Shown piece after piece: positions 1 to 13,334 of a stretch of DNA of 64,000 nucleotides (within the stretch, counting starts at the first letter, position 1; every line of letters begins with the position of its first letter). The translations under genes and the position numbers were made by a program. The stretch covers positions 124,001 to 188,000 of the forward strand of contig CM060731.1 in assembly GCA_030704615.1 (NCBI GenBank), read 5' to 3'. The DNA comes from Takakia lepidozioides (taxonomy: Eukaryota; Plantae; Bryophyta). The notes under the pieces were generated by a model. The model did no database searches. It saw only the letters and a program-made list of their open reading frames with translations, and was not told where the DNA came from.

Positions 1-664
1 GTGGTGGGGCAGCGGCAGCGATAGGTATGGGGGGCTGAGGCACCTTGAGTGCCCAAGGCACTCAGGAAGCGGAGGCGCTCACTAGGTGGAGCCCCGCACA
101 CCGGGTTGCGGTGGGGGTGGCTCCACAAGGGGTGGTGGTAGCTTAGTGGGACTTAGTGGGGGTGGCATAGGACTCACCATGGGGGGCGAGACCTCGTGGT
201 GGGAGTCGTGGGGAGTCTTGGGACTCATCACGGTCCATAGGGGCCGTGGTGAGCGGGCCAAGACTCACCGCGACTCACCACCGGGAATCGAGGGTCTTCG
301 TGGTGGTTCGCCATAAAATGGCATGGCTGGTTGTGAAACCCCCGCGGACAGCTACAGAAGTATATATAGGGAGTAGTAACCCCGAGAACGGTGCAAGCCC
401 GTTGGTGACCAAAAAACTAGTGAGTAAGCGAGCGAGCCGGAAAGCGACCAAAGAGTGGGAGCTGTTCCGGACTGCCATCTACCAAAGGGAATTCCACTAG
501 GCCCAAATAGGTGGAGGGTTTTCGGGAAGCGAAGGGGGACCGTTATGTCCCGGTGAGCAGCCGAAGCTCCAAGTTGGCCCGGCGGCCAGGTTGGGAGTCA
601 GGCGCGCGCATCAAAGCGAGTAACTATGACTTGAAGGGGAGCTTACCGAAGTGAGTGCGCGACA
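1..664 (+). mobile_element. 3' part of a Ty3/gypsy (chromovirus) LTR, truncated by the window start
   Basis: Near-identical to 1815-2481 and to the reverse complement of 59535-60210. Ends in ...GAAGTGAGTGCGCGACA, a canonical CA terminus. Confidence 0.9.
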
Positions 665-908
665 GTCGCCACCTGTGCTGTTGGACATGAAAACTGAGTA
701 CGAGGTGGAGGCAGTACTTAAGTCGAGGAGGTTCAAGAACCGAGAAACGGAGTATCTCGTCAAATGGAAGGGCTATCATCATGTGGAGGCATCTGGGTGC
801 GTGCCTCAGAAATGGAAATGCATCCGAGGCGGTCAGTTTTTGAAGGACGACCTCAAAAGCGGAAGAAGCGTTGATGGGGACATCAACCTTGGAGCGTGGG
901 GGAGGAAA
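665..908 (+). pseudogene. Chromodomain end of a chromovirus pol plus polypurine tract (frameshifted remnant)
   Basis: Translates EYEVEAVLKSRRFKNRETEYLVKWKGYHHVEAS, the same as the end of pol at 61055-61270 (minus). Followed by PPT GGAGCGTGGGGGAGGAAA directly before the LTR TG at 909. Confidence 0.88.
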
Positions 909-2481
909 TGCATGCTTAGCCCGGCTTAGCTAGCTCAGGAATCCGATTGCAAAAACTTGCATTGTACAAAAATTTGTTATAAAGGAAATGGGTTCCAAAT
1001 GTTGTGCGTCCTATTTTGTTTGGAATGGTGATGCATGGTGTGGTTGGCTAGTGGAATGCATGCTAGCTTACAAAAGTGGGAGGTAAATTGGGTTAATCGT
1101 GTGTTTGCGCAGTGCCGAAATCGGGTGACTCCCATCCAAGGGCAAGGAAACATGCGCCTTCTTTGGGGGTTCACGTGCTAGTGCGCACCTGGCGCGTGCG
1201 CGTACTATAACTGCGTTACCGAGGTGGTTGCCTTGTAGTGCGGGCTAACGCGGAAGCTACGTGCTTCCGTTCACGTACTATAATCGTGTAGCCTTGGGAC
1301 GAAGTCGTAGTGCGGCTTCGACGTGTTCCCGTACCTCAGGCCAGCATTCCAAGACGGACCCAATTGTAGTGATTGGGGCGCACGGTTGGTTCAAGGTTAT
1401 CTTCCTAGTCAAAGGGGGTTCGAGGTGAACCCTTGCGCAAGGTGATACCAAAGGCGGCATCATGAGCGATCGCAAGCAATGTGTTGCAGTAAGGCGATTT
1501 GATCCTTGGGGAGGATCGTTCCTTGGCCTTGAAGTAGGCACTGGGAGGAGCTTGAGAGGCTCCACCCCTGGCCGGGACTTGGAGGAAGTCGGCCGAACTA
1601 GCTAGTGGAGAGTAGAGTCAAGTGTGGGGTTTGGTTCTTTGCCATGGGACGCCATGGTACGGAAATAAACTCCTTGATGTGGGACGCCACAACTGGATGT
1701 TCGTTTCTACAAAATGGACAAGTCGATGAGGACATCGACTCCCTGTTGGTAGGGTGTGTGGTCGCGGCCCTTTGCCTTGAGGGCAGGGGTCGGGACACAT
1801 GAGGGGCTGCCCCTGTGGTGGGGGCAGTGGCAGCGATAGGTACGGGGGGCTGAAGCACCCTTGAGTGCCCAAGGCACTCAAGGAGGCGGAGGTGCTCACT
1901 AGGTGGAGCCCCGCACACCAGGATGCGGTGGGGGTGGCTTCACAAAGGGGTGGTGGTAGCTTAGCGGGACTTAGTGGGGGTGGCATAGAACTCTCCTTGG
2001 GGCGGAGACCTCGTGGTGGGAGTCGTGGGGAGTCTTGGGACTCATCACGGTCCATAAGGCCGTGGTGGTGGGCCAAGACTCACCGCGACTCATCAACGGG
2101 AGTCGAGGGTTTTCGTGGTGGTTCGCCATAAAATGGCATGGTTGTTTGTGAAACCCCCGCGGACAGCTACAGAAGTATATATAGGGAGTAGTAACCCCGA
2201 GAACGGTGCAAGCCCATTGGTGACCAAAAACTAGTGAGTAAGCGAGCGAGCCGGAAAGCGACCAAAGAGTGGGGAGCTGTTCCGGACTGCCAACTACCAA
2301 AGGGAATTCCCGCTGGGCCCAAATCGGTGGAGGGTTCTTTGGGAGATCAAAGGGGGACCGTTATGCCCGGTGAGCAGCCGAAGCTCCAAGTTGGCCCAGC
2401 GGCCAGGTTGGAGTTAGGCGCGCGCATCAAAGCGAGTAACTATGACTTGAAGGGGAGCTTACCGAAGTGATGTGCGCGACA
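909..2481 (+). mobile_element. Complete 3' LTR (~1.57 kb) of a chromovirus Ty3/gypsy element
   Basis: Starts TGCATGCTTAGCC right after the PPT and ends TGTGCGCGACA. Collinear with the minus-strand LTR at 59535-61020. Confidence 0.92.
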
Positions 2482-4742
2482 CCCCTTGGGGTCGCATCAT
2501 GACGATACCCCCGGCCCTACCAAACCCGTGAAGTAGCTGAAAGTTTTTGGAGAAGTTTGAAGCCAACTGTATACAATAATCATCTAACCTCAGTTAATGT
2601 GCAACTTCAAGCGAAGTGAAGTTAGATTGCTGACCATGGAGGCAAAGATTGTTGATTAGAGGCGTGCCACATCATCTTGTGTCTCTAGCCTCCACCAATG
2701 CCTCAGGAAGGAATGCAGATGCCACAGGTGGTAAGCATCGACATAACTCTTATGTTAGGTTCAGCCTCCATCTTATCTTCTGTGTACACCAGTTGCTCTG
2801 TTTGTTGCTTGGATGATTTTCCACAGCCACCAATTGTAGGCACCCCTATTCGTGTCTCCAATGGATCTCATTCTAATGATGCATCAGAGACCTCAAGGGC
2901 TTCTATTAGTATGCAAACATGATCTGCTCCTTCTTTGTCTCCTGGAAATCACGATAGAGACATGTTTCCACAATGCTTTTGTTTCTACATGGTGCTTAGG
3001 GCTTCATTTCAGATTCGAGGGGAGATGTCAGGGGGTTCAAGGGTTGTATTTGATTCAGTTGTTTCCCTGCTGACGGAGAAAACTTTTATTGGTGTCAATG
3101 GCAGGATGACCATTCAGATAGTTCAAGGAGCTTTAGACAGTTCAAAGAGTTAATTTGGGTTATTTTCGAGCATTTTGGGCAGCTTCCAAAACAATTGATG
3201 TTGATGACATGGCCCACGAAACGTGGCGACAATGTAGTGGAGACGATGACGTAGTGACGATGACATGACGATGATGATGTGATAACGATGATGTGGCATT
3301 ATGGCACCCTATTCCTGCTGTACGCTAAAACTATTCTATGACCTTGAGTCGTCACTAGAATGTGATGCCACTAGTGCAAATTCTCATTATAATTTTTTGT
3401 TACAAATTACGTATACATTGATTGTACTTTGATATGCTTCATTTCAACGTCGCATATACTTATGGAGCAATTTTTGACATGATCCGAAGTGAATATGCAT
3501 ACCACAAGTGGCTAGTTGCAGATAGCTCTTCCTTGTGAATAATGGAATCTACTTTCATCCGTAATAAACTTGAAAATTGATCCATACATAAGTTGTTCAA
3601 CAACAGAGATGTTACCTAAGGGACGTATTACCTAGAGAAGACACATCATGGAAGTAGTTCTCAACAAAGGAGAGGAGGTGACACTTGGAGAAGGCACAAC
3701 ATGTGCTTAGCGATTTTTGACTGATGCGTAGCCTGCTCTTTAGACTAAAAATGAGCAAAAAAAAAGAGTGCCTTAAATCACTAGTCAATTGTCACTCAAA
3801 CTCAATCAATTTGAAAATAAGTGTCAAAAGACGGATGGATTTGGATACCTTGATTTGTATGTGGGATCATTTTGGGCTTGATGACAAAACCCACACTTTC
3901 TTGTTGGTGGATATATGTGTGTGTTATGGACAACCAAGTTGTAGCCCAGTGGTAAGACCCCGTGCTAAAGCAGCAGTAATGTATGGTGTCACTTCACCCC
4001 AAAGAGCTACTGCTTTACACATGGAAGATGAACACTATTTTAACGGCTATAACCAAGGCAATGCAGGTTGCCCAAACTATTCCCAAGAACTCGAAAGTCC
4101 TCATACATACATACATACATTTAATAACCGGTTGATATTTATATTTTTTAGAGTTATTATTTTTTTCTTCTCATTGATTTTGAGAATAAACACATGTCAC
4201 CCCTAGAAACCACCACTTGACACCCCTACTCTACTTTCCCCTGCATACTACATATCCCTCCTTTTTAATTGCTGTACCATCCTTTATGGACAGGCCCACG
4301 CAAACTTGGGGGATTTTTTTATTTTATTTTTTAAAACTACTCTCAGAGGATTGCGCCCCAACAGAATCTATCCCCTTAGAATGAGTCAGTCGATCTGGCT
4401 GTTATATTATTATTATTTTGAAAGAAAACACGAAAACAAAGACCATAAGCAGTCACAAATTCAATCCTCCTGTCAAGCGTTAGTAACACCACCAGTAATT
4501 TCTACCATCAGTCAGTATCTCAGTTGGATAGTGCCACCCAGGTGATTTTTGTAATAGGGGAGTTGCCATTTCGAGGCCCTTCCTCATGGGCAAGGCAACG
4601 GGTGCCATTAGTTTCTGGAAAGATGCCACATCATCACATGATATCTCCGCTGGCAATATGAACTTTCAATGGGGGGAGATCCGAAATAATACAAAGAAAA
4701 ATAATGGCAAGCTCTTTACCGGTCCAAATCCTGCTACCTTGC

Positions 4743-5016
4743 CCTTCCCTTGGGCAGTGTCTTGTGCGGCCTGCCTCATGGCAAGGTTACTTTGAAAGAG
4801 GTTATTCTCTCCTCTCACTATAATTAAGTTGCCTGATTTGTGAGCAGGTGTGTGTTTATTTATAAATAAATAAATAAATAAGGGAAACACCCCGGGCGAC
4901 CTGCTCACAAATCAGGCCCCTTGATTATAGTGAGAGGAGAAAATAACCTCTTTCAAAGTAACCTTGCCATGAGGCGCCAAGCACAAGGCTCAAGGGGACA
5001 CCGCCCAAGGGAAGGG
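4743..5016. repeat. Imperfect inverted repeat (~110-bp arms) around a (TAAA)n-containing spacer
   Basis: GCCTCATGGCAAGGTTACTTTGAAAGAGGTTATT...GATTTGTGAGCAGGT (4773-4848) pairs with ACCTGCTCACAAATC...AATAACCTCTTTCAAAGTAACCTTGCCATGAGGC (4899-4975). The outer CCTTCCCTTGGGCAGTGTC pairs with GACACCGCCCAAGGGAAGG. Confidence 0.8.
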
Positions 5017-5832
5017 GGAGAAGAACATACCACACCCGAGGTGATCCCTTTATAAAATAAATAAACAAAGGGATCTTCATGTTCAAACTGGTATTTATGC
5101 TTTAGCAGCGATCTACCGCCCAGTAGGCTCAAATGACCCTACCTCAAATAGTAACTGGTCTGGACACATCTGTATGTAGCTGGAAGCATAAAAACCATTC
5201 AACAGTGTAGATTCAATCTTGTGACGAGTCCACTGAGGTATTTTTGGACTTGGGCTGTTTGATAAAGTTCCGGAACCTTAGGTGGAGCACAAGAGCATCA
5301 GCCAACATCTTGGCCTGCGATATGAGCAATTGAGGATAGAATTACCACAGTAACTACATAGACATGGAGACCACAAATACTTTCTGGTTAAGTTGGTACA
5401 TCCCAGAATGACAGTTCTTTCTTTCGATTAAGAAAGCATCCTATGGAAATATTCTAAACAATAAACAATTGTACTGAACTTTTGAAATAGTTCTACGACA
5501 ATCCCACCATTGTTTCATCCCTTGTTCACTGCCCAGTCTGCGAACATGATTCCAAGTTCAGAATTTCTGGGACTGTTTAAGTACTGGTTTTCGCCAGCTT
5601 ATACACATTGATACACACAAGAACTGTAACCAATGTGAGGGATAATGAGTCCAGTAAGACCAAGCCATTGGTGATGGCAGTTGAAACCTCGTTCAACTGA
5701 ACAAGTGCACGAGCCACTGACATGGCATGTACCCATGTTTGATGTCCATCAATTAAGCTCACAGGGGACTGAAGTGTCTAACCATGGGGTTGCCTTGGGG
5801 CTTACTTGGGCTTACTTGGAATTGAGCCTTGG

Positions 5833-8800
5833 CTAGTTTGCTGACCGCAATTGAATTGGCCGCCGAAGACCAGGAATCTGTCAAAACCCATGAAGCACAT
5901 TATGTGCAAACATCGTCACTTCACCTCTGCTGCCTCTCTCATGTTGATTCTCTCTTGGTTCAGGTTTTCTCCACCTCAGCCAAATATTCACAGCACCCCA
6001 TGCTAGACATCAGCACATGTTCTTGGACTTGAATTTATCTTAGACAATCAAGAGTCTGGGAACGGTAGCTTCAAAGTAGATATTTTTACTAGACTAAGGA
6101 CAGACCCAGAAGTGGGAACAATTACAGATGGCAGTGCAAAAAGACCAGAGGACGAAGTCAGAGGGGTGTACCTCAATACCATGTGTGCCGATGCGGTTCC
6201 TAGCTATAAAGTTGAGCACCACACCAACAAACTCATCTGGCTCGTCCTCCTGGCCAACCTCTCCCACGTATTAGTCCATATTAAAGCCTGCATGACAGTT
6301 TGTACTTCTCCTCCCTCCCCACTCTCCGTCTCTGACTCCGTCGTTGTCTGTGTCTGTGTCTGTCTGTCTGTCTGTCTCTGTGGTCTCTGTGGTCCTTGAG
6401 GGTTTACTCACTCTCGGCACTTGACTGAAATTTAAACTCAGGGCGGGAAGCCTACCTATGAACAGCAAACGGACGCAGAGAGGAAAGGGGGATTGCAAAT
6501 GCCCATTGTGTGGGCGACCTGAAGACAATATCCACTTTCTGATTCATTGTCCTGTCAACAGAGAGACCCCCTCTTCAAATCCATAAAGGGTTGGTTCGGG
6601 GAACTCTGTTTACTAACTTTGAAAATCTCGAGAGGCTGAGCAAAAAGCCCAGGCCCTTTTGGGGCCTAGTTATTGGACAAATCACACAGCAGATTGATGC
6701 TTGTGTAAAGGGTTTTTAGAGGATAACAGAAAAACTAGGATCAATTGTCTGTGCCAAGGTAAGTCATACTACCGGCGTCAGCCCCTGACAGAGGTAGTTT
6801 CTGTCCCTTTGTGTTCCGCTCAAACTGGGCGCGGGGTCAATGGGCACAAGGCTACGGCAACCAACGTTTTATGAGTACATTCTGTGGTCTCTGAAAAGTG
6901 ACATCGAACCATTGGCACAATTACCTGGATAGCATGGCCTGAATGACGCACAACAACCATTTGGAACTTGCCTTGCATCTGCCCTATCGTCAGCTGTCTG
7001 CAAACACTTCAGAAACTTAGGGGGTAGTCCAGATAACTCGAATTTAGTGCCTTGACGTTCTCAATCCTCCAATAGCCATCACAGGCAGATTGGCAGGTAT
7101 ATGGCAGATTTTCCAATTCAAAATGCTTATCCTCAGTCGATGCGATGCATTATAGATTAAGGGTCGTATGTTGCACATTTCGCAGTGAAGGGCCAAAGAT
7201 CGAATGTGCAAATTCCTGACATGAAAGAATGAAAGCTTAAACACATCCTCTCATTAGTGACAGAGTCCCAATTAAAATGATGAGAAAAAGAGTGCTCAAG
7301 CTAAAAAGAAATTGTGAGAGGTGGTTTCGCACAGAGTGTTTCCTGTAAACTTCTGCTATAACAAATCCTTGAATGAGTAGTCCTCACCCAATACTCATCC
7401 TCCTGGAGGTCGTCATGGACTTTTTAACCCAACAGCGTACAAAACTCAGATATTGCCACAATGCCAGAGACAGAAGGAAAAAAGAAGAGTTTACAATCCA
7501 GCGATTTACAGAGCATACAGCTCTATACATAGGCCACATGGCCAACAGACAGATGTGTCTTTACTGCGGGAGAAATAAAAAATAAATTTATTGCATTAGC
7601 GGGAGGCCTGAGGGGACAGGGGAGGTACCTGTCTAATCTATCTGTTCCAGCTAGAAGAAAGCGCTTTGGCACTGGGCATGACAAAAACACTTCAGACAAA
7701 CCTTCATACCTTAAACAAGACGGAGGACAAGTATCAGCACACAAGTCTCTCAAAGTTATTTGTGCTCATTTTCATAGTCAGAATATCTACTCAGAGAAAT
7801 CAGTGGTGGCACTGTAAGATGAGGGACATTCCAAATATTCATCCTTCAACCTGCCAAGATAAATACACAGTGAGATCTTCCAAAGTTCAAGAAACTTTGT
7901 AAAAATTGAGAAGAATGGTGGCAGGCCAAGAGCACAGTCCACAGGGTCTACTCCATGAGAGATTTCAACTTCGAGAGAGGGACAGTTCATGGTTAACCCT
8001 AAGCTGAAGGTCTTACCTGCAGTTACCGAGACAATGCTTGCTTCTAGTAGATGCCCACCCAAAGGGAAAAACTTGTACCAAATTTGGGGAAACAATTGCC
8101 ACTATTCTGCTGCTTTCACCAATAGAAAGGATTATGAAAAGGTTCTGTTCAATGGTACCAGCCTCTCCAGTGAGCTTCAGACTCCTCCAGAGGCGTATGC
8201 CACACATAGCTGCACAATATGCCATTGTATGTAAGGCTTTCATCCAAGAATCACTAAAGAAAGGTGTATCCAATGTGCCAACAAACCCCAAGCCCAATAT
8301 GGATAGAGCAGAGTAGGAGGGAAAGGATTGAGAAAAAGGAGGCATATCGAGGGCGAAGACCCCCTCCATTTGTGGGATTTACCTTCGTCCACTGAGCATG
8401 AGGGAGGAGACAATGGAGTGGGAGAGGGAAGAGAGAACCATTGACTCTGTTGAATGACCAAGGAAGGCATAGATATTTTGATAAACTAACCGACCAACCG
8501 ATGATGAGAAAAAATGTACTGACTGAGAACCCAACTGCAAGAGCTCATGAGCCAGAAAAAAATGGGAGAGAGAATGTACCAGTTTTTATCCTCCCAAAAC
8601 TTCAAAGTAGAAGGAACTGAAACACGAGCAGATTCAATGTTCCTAAGTGCACCACCTCCTTTCACACTCCATTCAATCTGCACCCACCGAGCCAAAACAC
8701 ACATAGTAAAGTTTGAGAACAAATCACAAGAGTCTTGCAGCGGAGATCAGTACTAGAGCACCTCTTACACATCTGAATGAACAGAAGTGTACATTTGATG

Positions 8801-11800
8801 ATTGTAGATCAAAATGTAGCAACATATGAGAATATCTAAATTCCTCATGTCTTATAAAATTAGCCATAACAAAAGGTCTGATTCAATAACCAAAGGAAGT
8901 TTATGCAGCCTACAGCTTTTTCAACTGATGGAAAATGGAGTTGGCGACTTGATAAAATGCGTTGCATGTGGCCCAGTGATGCCATTGCTGTCCCCTGCAA
9001 ACAGAGTATGCCACATCATTTCCAGGAATTCCGGTACCTAACTAAAGAGCACCCGACATTAATGTATCATGGTAAACTAATTATTGATGGGTAAAACACC
9101 CTTGATTGTTAAAAAGTATCCAGTTACCAAAGGTTTCACACTGACCTCAACTACATCAATCACAACCAGGCCAGCTAATGTGGGGAGTGCCCTTTTCGCC
9201 GCCACTCGCGCTGCTATGGCACCTCCCATGCTGCAATCCCACCCATGGAAAATCAACTTCACTGTCAGACAATCCCAGATTTTCAGTTCTTTTGACATAA
9301 GACAACTGTGAACGCTTCTGCCATCACATACAGTCCTCTTCATACGTCCCAGGGAGACAGAAGAAGAGAGGGGGTCTTAGCCATCATTCCTGTCAGAATG
9401 TCAGGACAGCTACAATTGAGTGATGAGGGCAGGGACAACCTGTGGCCGATCAGTATGATGGCAGGTGGGTCAAACCCATACATCACTCTTATCACATCCA
9501 GAACATCTTGACATTGTGTCTGCAAATACAAACAAACCCCTCTCACATGATATCTACATTGCAAATTGCAACTTGCTTTTGGTTGTTACAGAAAGGTTGT
9601 TCAGAACATCTACAAGGAACACATCCAAGTTGAAATTGGATACTAGGAAATTTAATGTGCCCTCATCAAACCAGGAACAGAGCAATCCAATGTAGGTATT
9701 GTGACTTCCAAGTTTACCAAATGAACCTTTTTCCTCTCGACTAGTGTTACGATAATCTTGACCCTTTTCTTTCCCCATCCACTACATTGCCAGAGATATG
9801 CACATAGAGGTATTTAAGCAACCAGAAACAATCCCTGTCAGACCCTAAATGAAATACCAGTGTCTAGTGGTCAATCTTATGATCAGTAATCTTTTCAAAC
9901 ATAATTAAAAAAGAATTACATTTCTAGTGGACACAAGAACTTGAGGAAAGTGAAACACAGTGCCTCAGCTGATAGATCAGAGTCATTTTCAGTGTGGGAG
10001 AGACCATGGCCCCTCGTATCCATGGCCACCACTCTAGCTTTTTCCTTCATCTTTCCAGCAGCCAATGCAAACGAAAGCCTGCAAGTGACCCACCGACACA
10101 GCCCATGCACTCCTAAATCTCAGACCATTCAATGTTTACGAATAATAGTGGTCTTCAGGTAAGGTATGTGGATTAGGGTATCATAGTCGCTGAGAAGGAG
10201 AGGATGTGACTCCAGTTCATTTCCTGTGGATGCTCTCCTGGTCCACTTTGTCAGATTTTACTTGGAATATGCAACACCTAGAATAATGTGCTCTTCTGCA
10301 GTACTGCTTCTTTGTGAGAGAGAAACACCACTACAAAAGATTAACTTTGATGTAGCTGACCAAAACTACACATATATATTGAAGTGGCTACTGCAGCCAA
10401 AGAGGAAAACAATACTAGCATTATAATCTCCCACAACTAAGTAGTATGAAGGTCAGTACTGAATCTTTTACTGTGAAGCCAGTGTGCAAGAGAATTAGAT
10501 CCAATAGACTAACATGGTAAGAGCACGCAATTGAAACCTGTGACAAAAATAAGTCAAGCTGCAGAGAGAATGATGAATGCAAGGACCCGAGTATGCAATG
10601 TGGTATTGTATATTGACCTTACCCCGTGTAGCCACCACCATGCAGGCAAAAGACCACCGGGCCTTGCACTCCAGCTAGGTACAAATGGAAGGTCTGCCCA
10701 GCCAAGCCAACAAATCAACTGACGCAGAAAAGGATAAGGATGCCCCAGAATTACAGTTCCAATGAAAAGTATGTGCATCAAAACACAGGGTCCTAGGATT
10801 GCAGAATACCTGCAGATTTAATGTTGCTACATTGATTTGAATTGAATTGAATTGAATTACTTACATTGTCAGAATCCGGGATTGCAACATATTTGTCCTC
10901 ATCAAAATGGTCCTCCCATGGCAACGGCGAGTACTTGCTGTTGGCAGGCCTGCTGATACATGCCGTATAAGCAATGCAGCACATGCAATGAAGGACGCGG
11001 AAAATCAAAAAAGCAGAGGAAGTTTGCCAAATGACCAGACACACACAGAACTGAAGATGTAACGTCACCTAAATTGTCAAATACTTGCAAACTTATGATT
11101 TCCTGGAAAGCCAGAGGTTTCCAAAACCCTCAATCCACTCCACAATTGCAAACAAACAGATTTCAATGGACTTTGAAACAAACAATTTGCAATCTAGAAA
11201 AGACTGGAGGCAGGAAAGCTTCACCTCAAGTCTTTGCTTTGCTCCCTAACAAACGAATTGACGAATCTCACAAGAGAAGATAATGTAGCGCTCTAACGAC
11301 ATACACAGCTGCGGTTGCTTTGCCAGTGGAACTGTAGACTCAAGGGCAAGAACGCTAGCACAGACGTCATATATGGACATACGGGGGAGAAAGAGTGAGA
11401 CGATTGATGCTCTGATAGTATTGTTACCTAAAACCTAATTGCATTTCACCTCTCTCTACCTCGAAACCCCCTATGTCCTTCCAATAGACTTGTTAGCTGA
11501 CATGAAAGGGTTTCCAGTGCCGATGAACACGGAGTACATGCAGAACATGCCCAGCCAAGTACAGATATAGTAATGCTCGAATGTGAAGGGGAGAAAGCTG
11601 AAAATTACTCTCTTATAGGGCGCGGTGGAACGGATGAAAACACAGACTCTTCTTTTGTGGGTTCTGTGACCTCCTCACTCTCGGAGACTGTGGGGAGGCC
11701 GGGCGCCATAGGAGGCTCTCTGAACAAAGATGGCGATGCTTCTACTGGGATTTCCTTGGCTGGAACCAGTGCAACTCGGGACAGGGGTGAAAACCCCACT

Positions 11801-11865
11801 GACGGCATGGGAGGTCTCCCAGCTGCAATTGGTGGCTTCGGATCCTTCCCTGATAACTTCTCCAT
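5833..11865 (-). CDS. PPME1: Protein phosphatase methylesterase 1 (alpha/beta hydrolase), 13 exons, 399 aa. Exons: 11865-11609, 10949-10865, 10693-10623, 10078-9964, 9519-9440, 9230-9146, 8994-8914, 8677-8580, 8209-8159, 7709-7629, 6997-6925, 6249-6172, 5877-5833
   Basis: Exons joined by hand in consistent phase give 1200 nt from ATG to TAG. Motifs match plant PME-1: KYSPLPWEDHFD, GPVVFCLHGGGYTG, VVAMDTRGHG, nucleophile GHSMGG, VIDVVEGTAMASL, LLAGTDRLDRQLTIGQMQGKFQM, GHAIQEDEP, RNRIG. All introns are GT-AG except intron 4 (GC-AG). Confidence 0.96.
6400..6877 (+). mobile_element. 5'-truncated LINE 3' end (C-terminal CCHC zinc finger + 3' UTR) inside PPME1 intron 11, antisense to the gene
   Basis: Translates KLRAGSLPMNSKRTQRGKGDCKCPLCGRPEDNIHFLIHCP. 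Homologous to 47900-48350 and 39370-39510. Ends GGCTACGGCAACCAACGTTTTATGAGTA like the other copies. Confidence 0.8.
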
Positions 11866-12110
11866 CTCAAAATACAACAGATTACAATCCACGCTCAAAA
11901 TCGAACAGCTCTCACAACCCACAAATGTTGAGTTTGATACAAGCAAATTCAAGCAACTGCAGCGGCGGCCCCCTTCAGACAACACCCTGATATTGAGTTT
12001 GATTTGTGAGCAGAAACAGGAAGTGGGAGAACCCGTCCTCAGAATTCAAACACCGGAAGAGAAACCAACCAGCTTTGTGAGGGCCAGCCCACCTTCGGTT
12101 TATTTAGTGC

Positions 12111-12120
12111 AGGCCCAAAT
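12111..12120 (-). promoter_or_regulatory. Possible site II (TGGGCY) promoter element ~250 bp upstream of the PPME1 ATG
   Basis: AGGCCCAAAT is the reverse complement of ATTTGGGCCT. This short motif is common in plant housekeeping promoters; its position is plausible but it could be chance. Confidence 0.3.
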
Positions 12121-13334
12121 CTATTACTTCCAGGGAGGTTATTCTCTTTGGAGTCGGACAGTAATCTCTATAAATAATCTCTCTATACGTTCTGCATTGC
12201 CGGTGCGATAGTGATACATTGATGTGATGAACATTATGCAGCAAGAAGAAGTTGTGGGGTGGATGAGTCATCCATGAGCAAAGGAGAGACCCCAGTGCAT
12301 TATTTGGGTCGTGAGAACCTGCTCATTATTTTCCTTAGCTATTTTGAGGGCATTATTTTGCACAAAATGACCACAAGGTTACAGGGCAGGAGATGGAACT
12401 CTGTTAATTGCCCTGGGCAACAGATGAAATAGAGGAAAAAATTGTCAGCAAGTTTCCAGTGTTAAAAACACCTGCCCTCCTTTGGGGAGACTCTGCAATT
12501 TTTTGAAATCATGGAATCTCCTCGGGCAGGTGCTGTACAATCGCCCTAACCGGATAGGTCCGTTTCGGTCTGTTTCGGTAATTATGATGACATTTTATGA
12601 TATCTTCCCCCTTAAAAATGCACTACCTTACCTCTGATCCTGCGCCCTTCCCCCCTTGACGGGTACTAGGGCTTGCAAACTCCACAAAATGCAAAGTATT
12701 GCGGATTTGCAAGACCGGCTAATCACGGTCAACATTGATAACAAATCTCCACGTTCCGGTATTAACCTGAAGGTGTGAAACGTTAATTGGGGAAAATTCC
12801 TAGGCAGGCAAGAGACAATCCAAAAAGTTTTTTTTTAAACTAACTTGGATTTAGGGTAAATAATAGATTCAAGAGTTATCTAATTCATTTTATTGCTTAA
12901 GCCATAGAGATTTTAACGTGTGGGGTTAATGGGGGGGGATCTTGGCATGATTCTGTAATTAGACCGGTGGTGGGATAGTTTAGATATTGTATGCAGTGAT
13001 CGTTTTGTTACATATGTGTCATAACGTGGATAATATTCATTATGTCCGGTAGATGGTAAATGATAGTTGACTGGGAGTCGGTGTTGAGGAGTGGATGAAC
13101 GATATACAGTTTTGGGATGGTGGCTAGTATGATGTAGGTGAGGGATGTTTTGGAGAGGATGATAGTTGGTGTTGTGTCGTATGTGTCGTAATGTGATAGG
13201 TGGTCAGTGTGCCAGGTAGGGGATACATGATAATCGAGTAGAGAGCAGCAACGGAACGCAGGTGGATGAAAAATGTTTAGGGACTGGAGGCGGGTGAAAT
13301 GTGAGTGGGGGGTGGTTGGGAGCGAATGGTTAAG

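Noticed and set aside
86-2470. Multiple short ORFs in the LTRs (also 59546-60387)
   Set aside because: GC-rich LTR sequence; frames are not conserved between the three LTR copies.
3570-3720. Possible chromodomain remnant (LPREDTSW)
   Set aside because: Too short and degenerate; no supporting pol or LTR context.
11573-12211. 212-aa plus-strand ORF
   Set aside because: Antisense shadow of PPME1 exon 1 and its 5' region; no motif.
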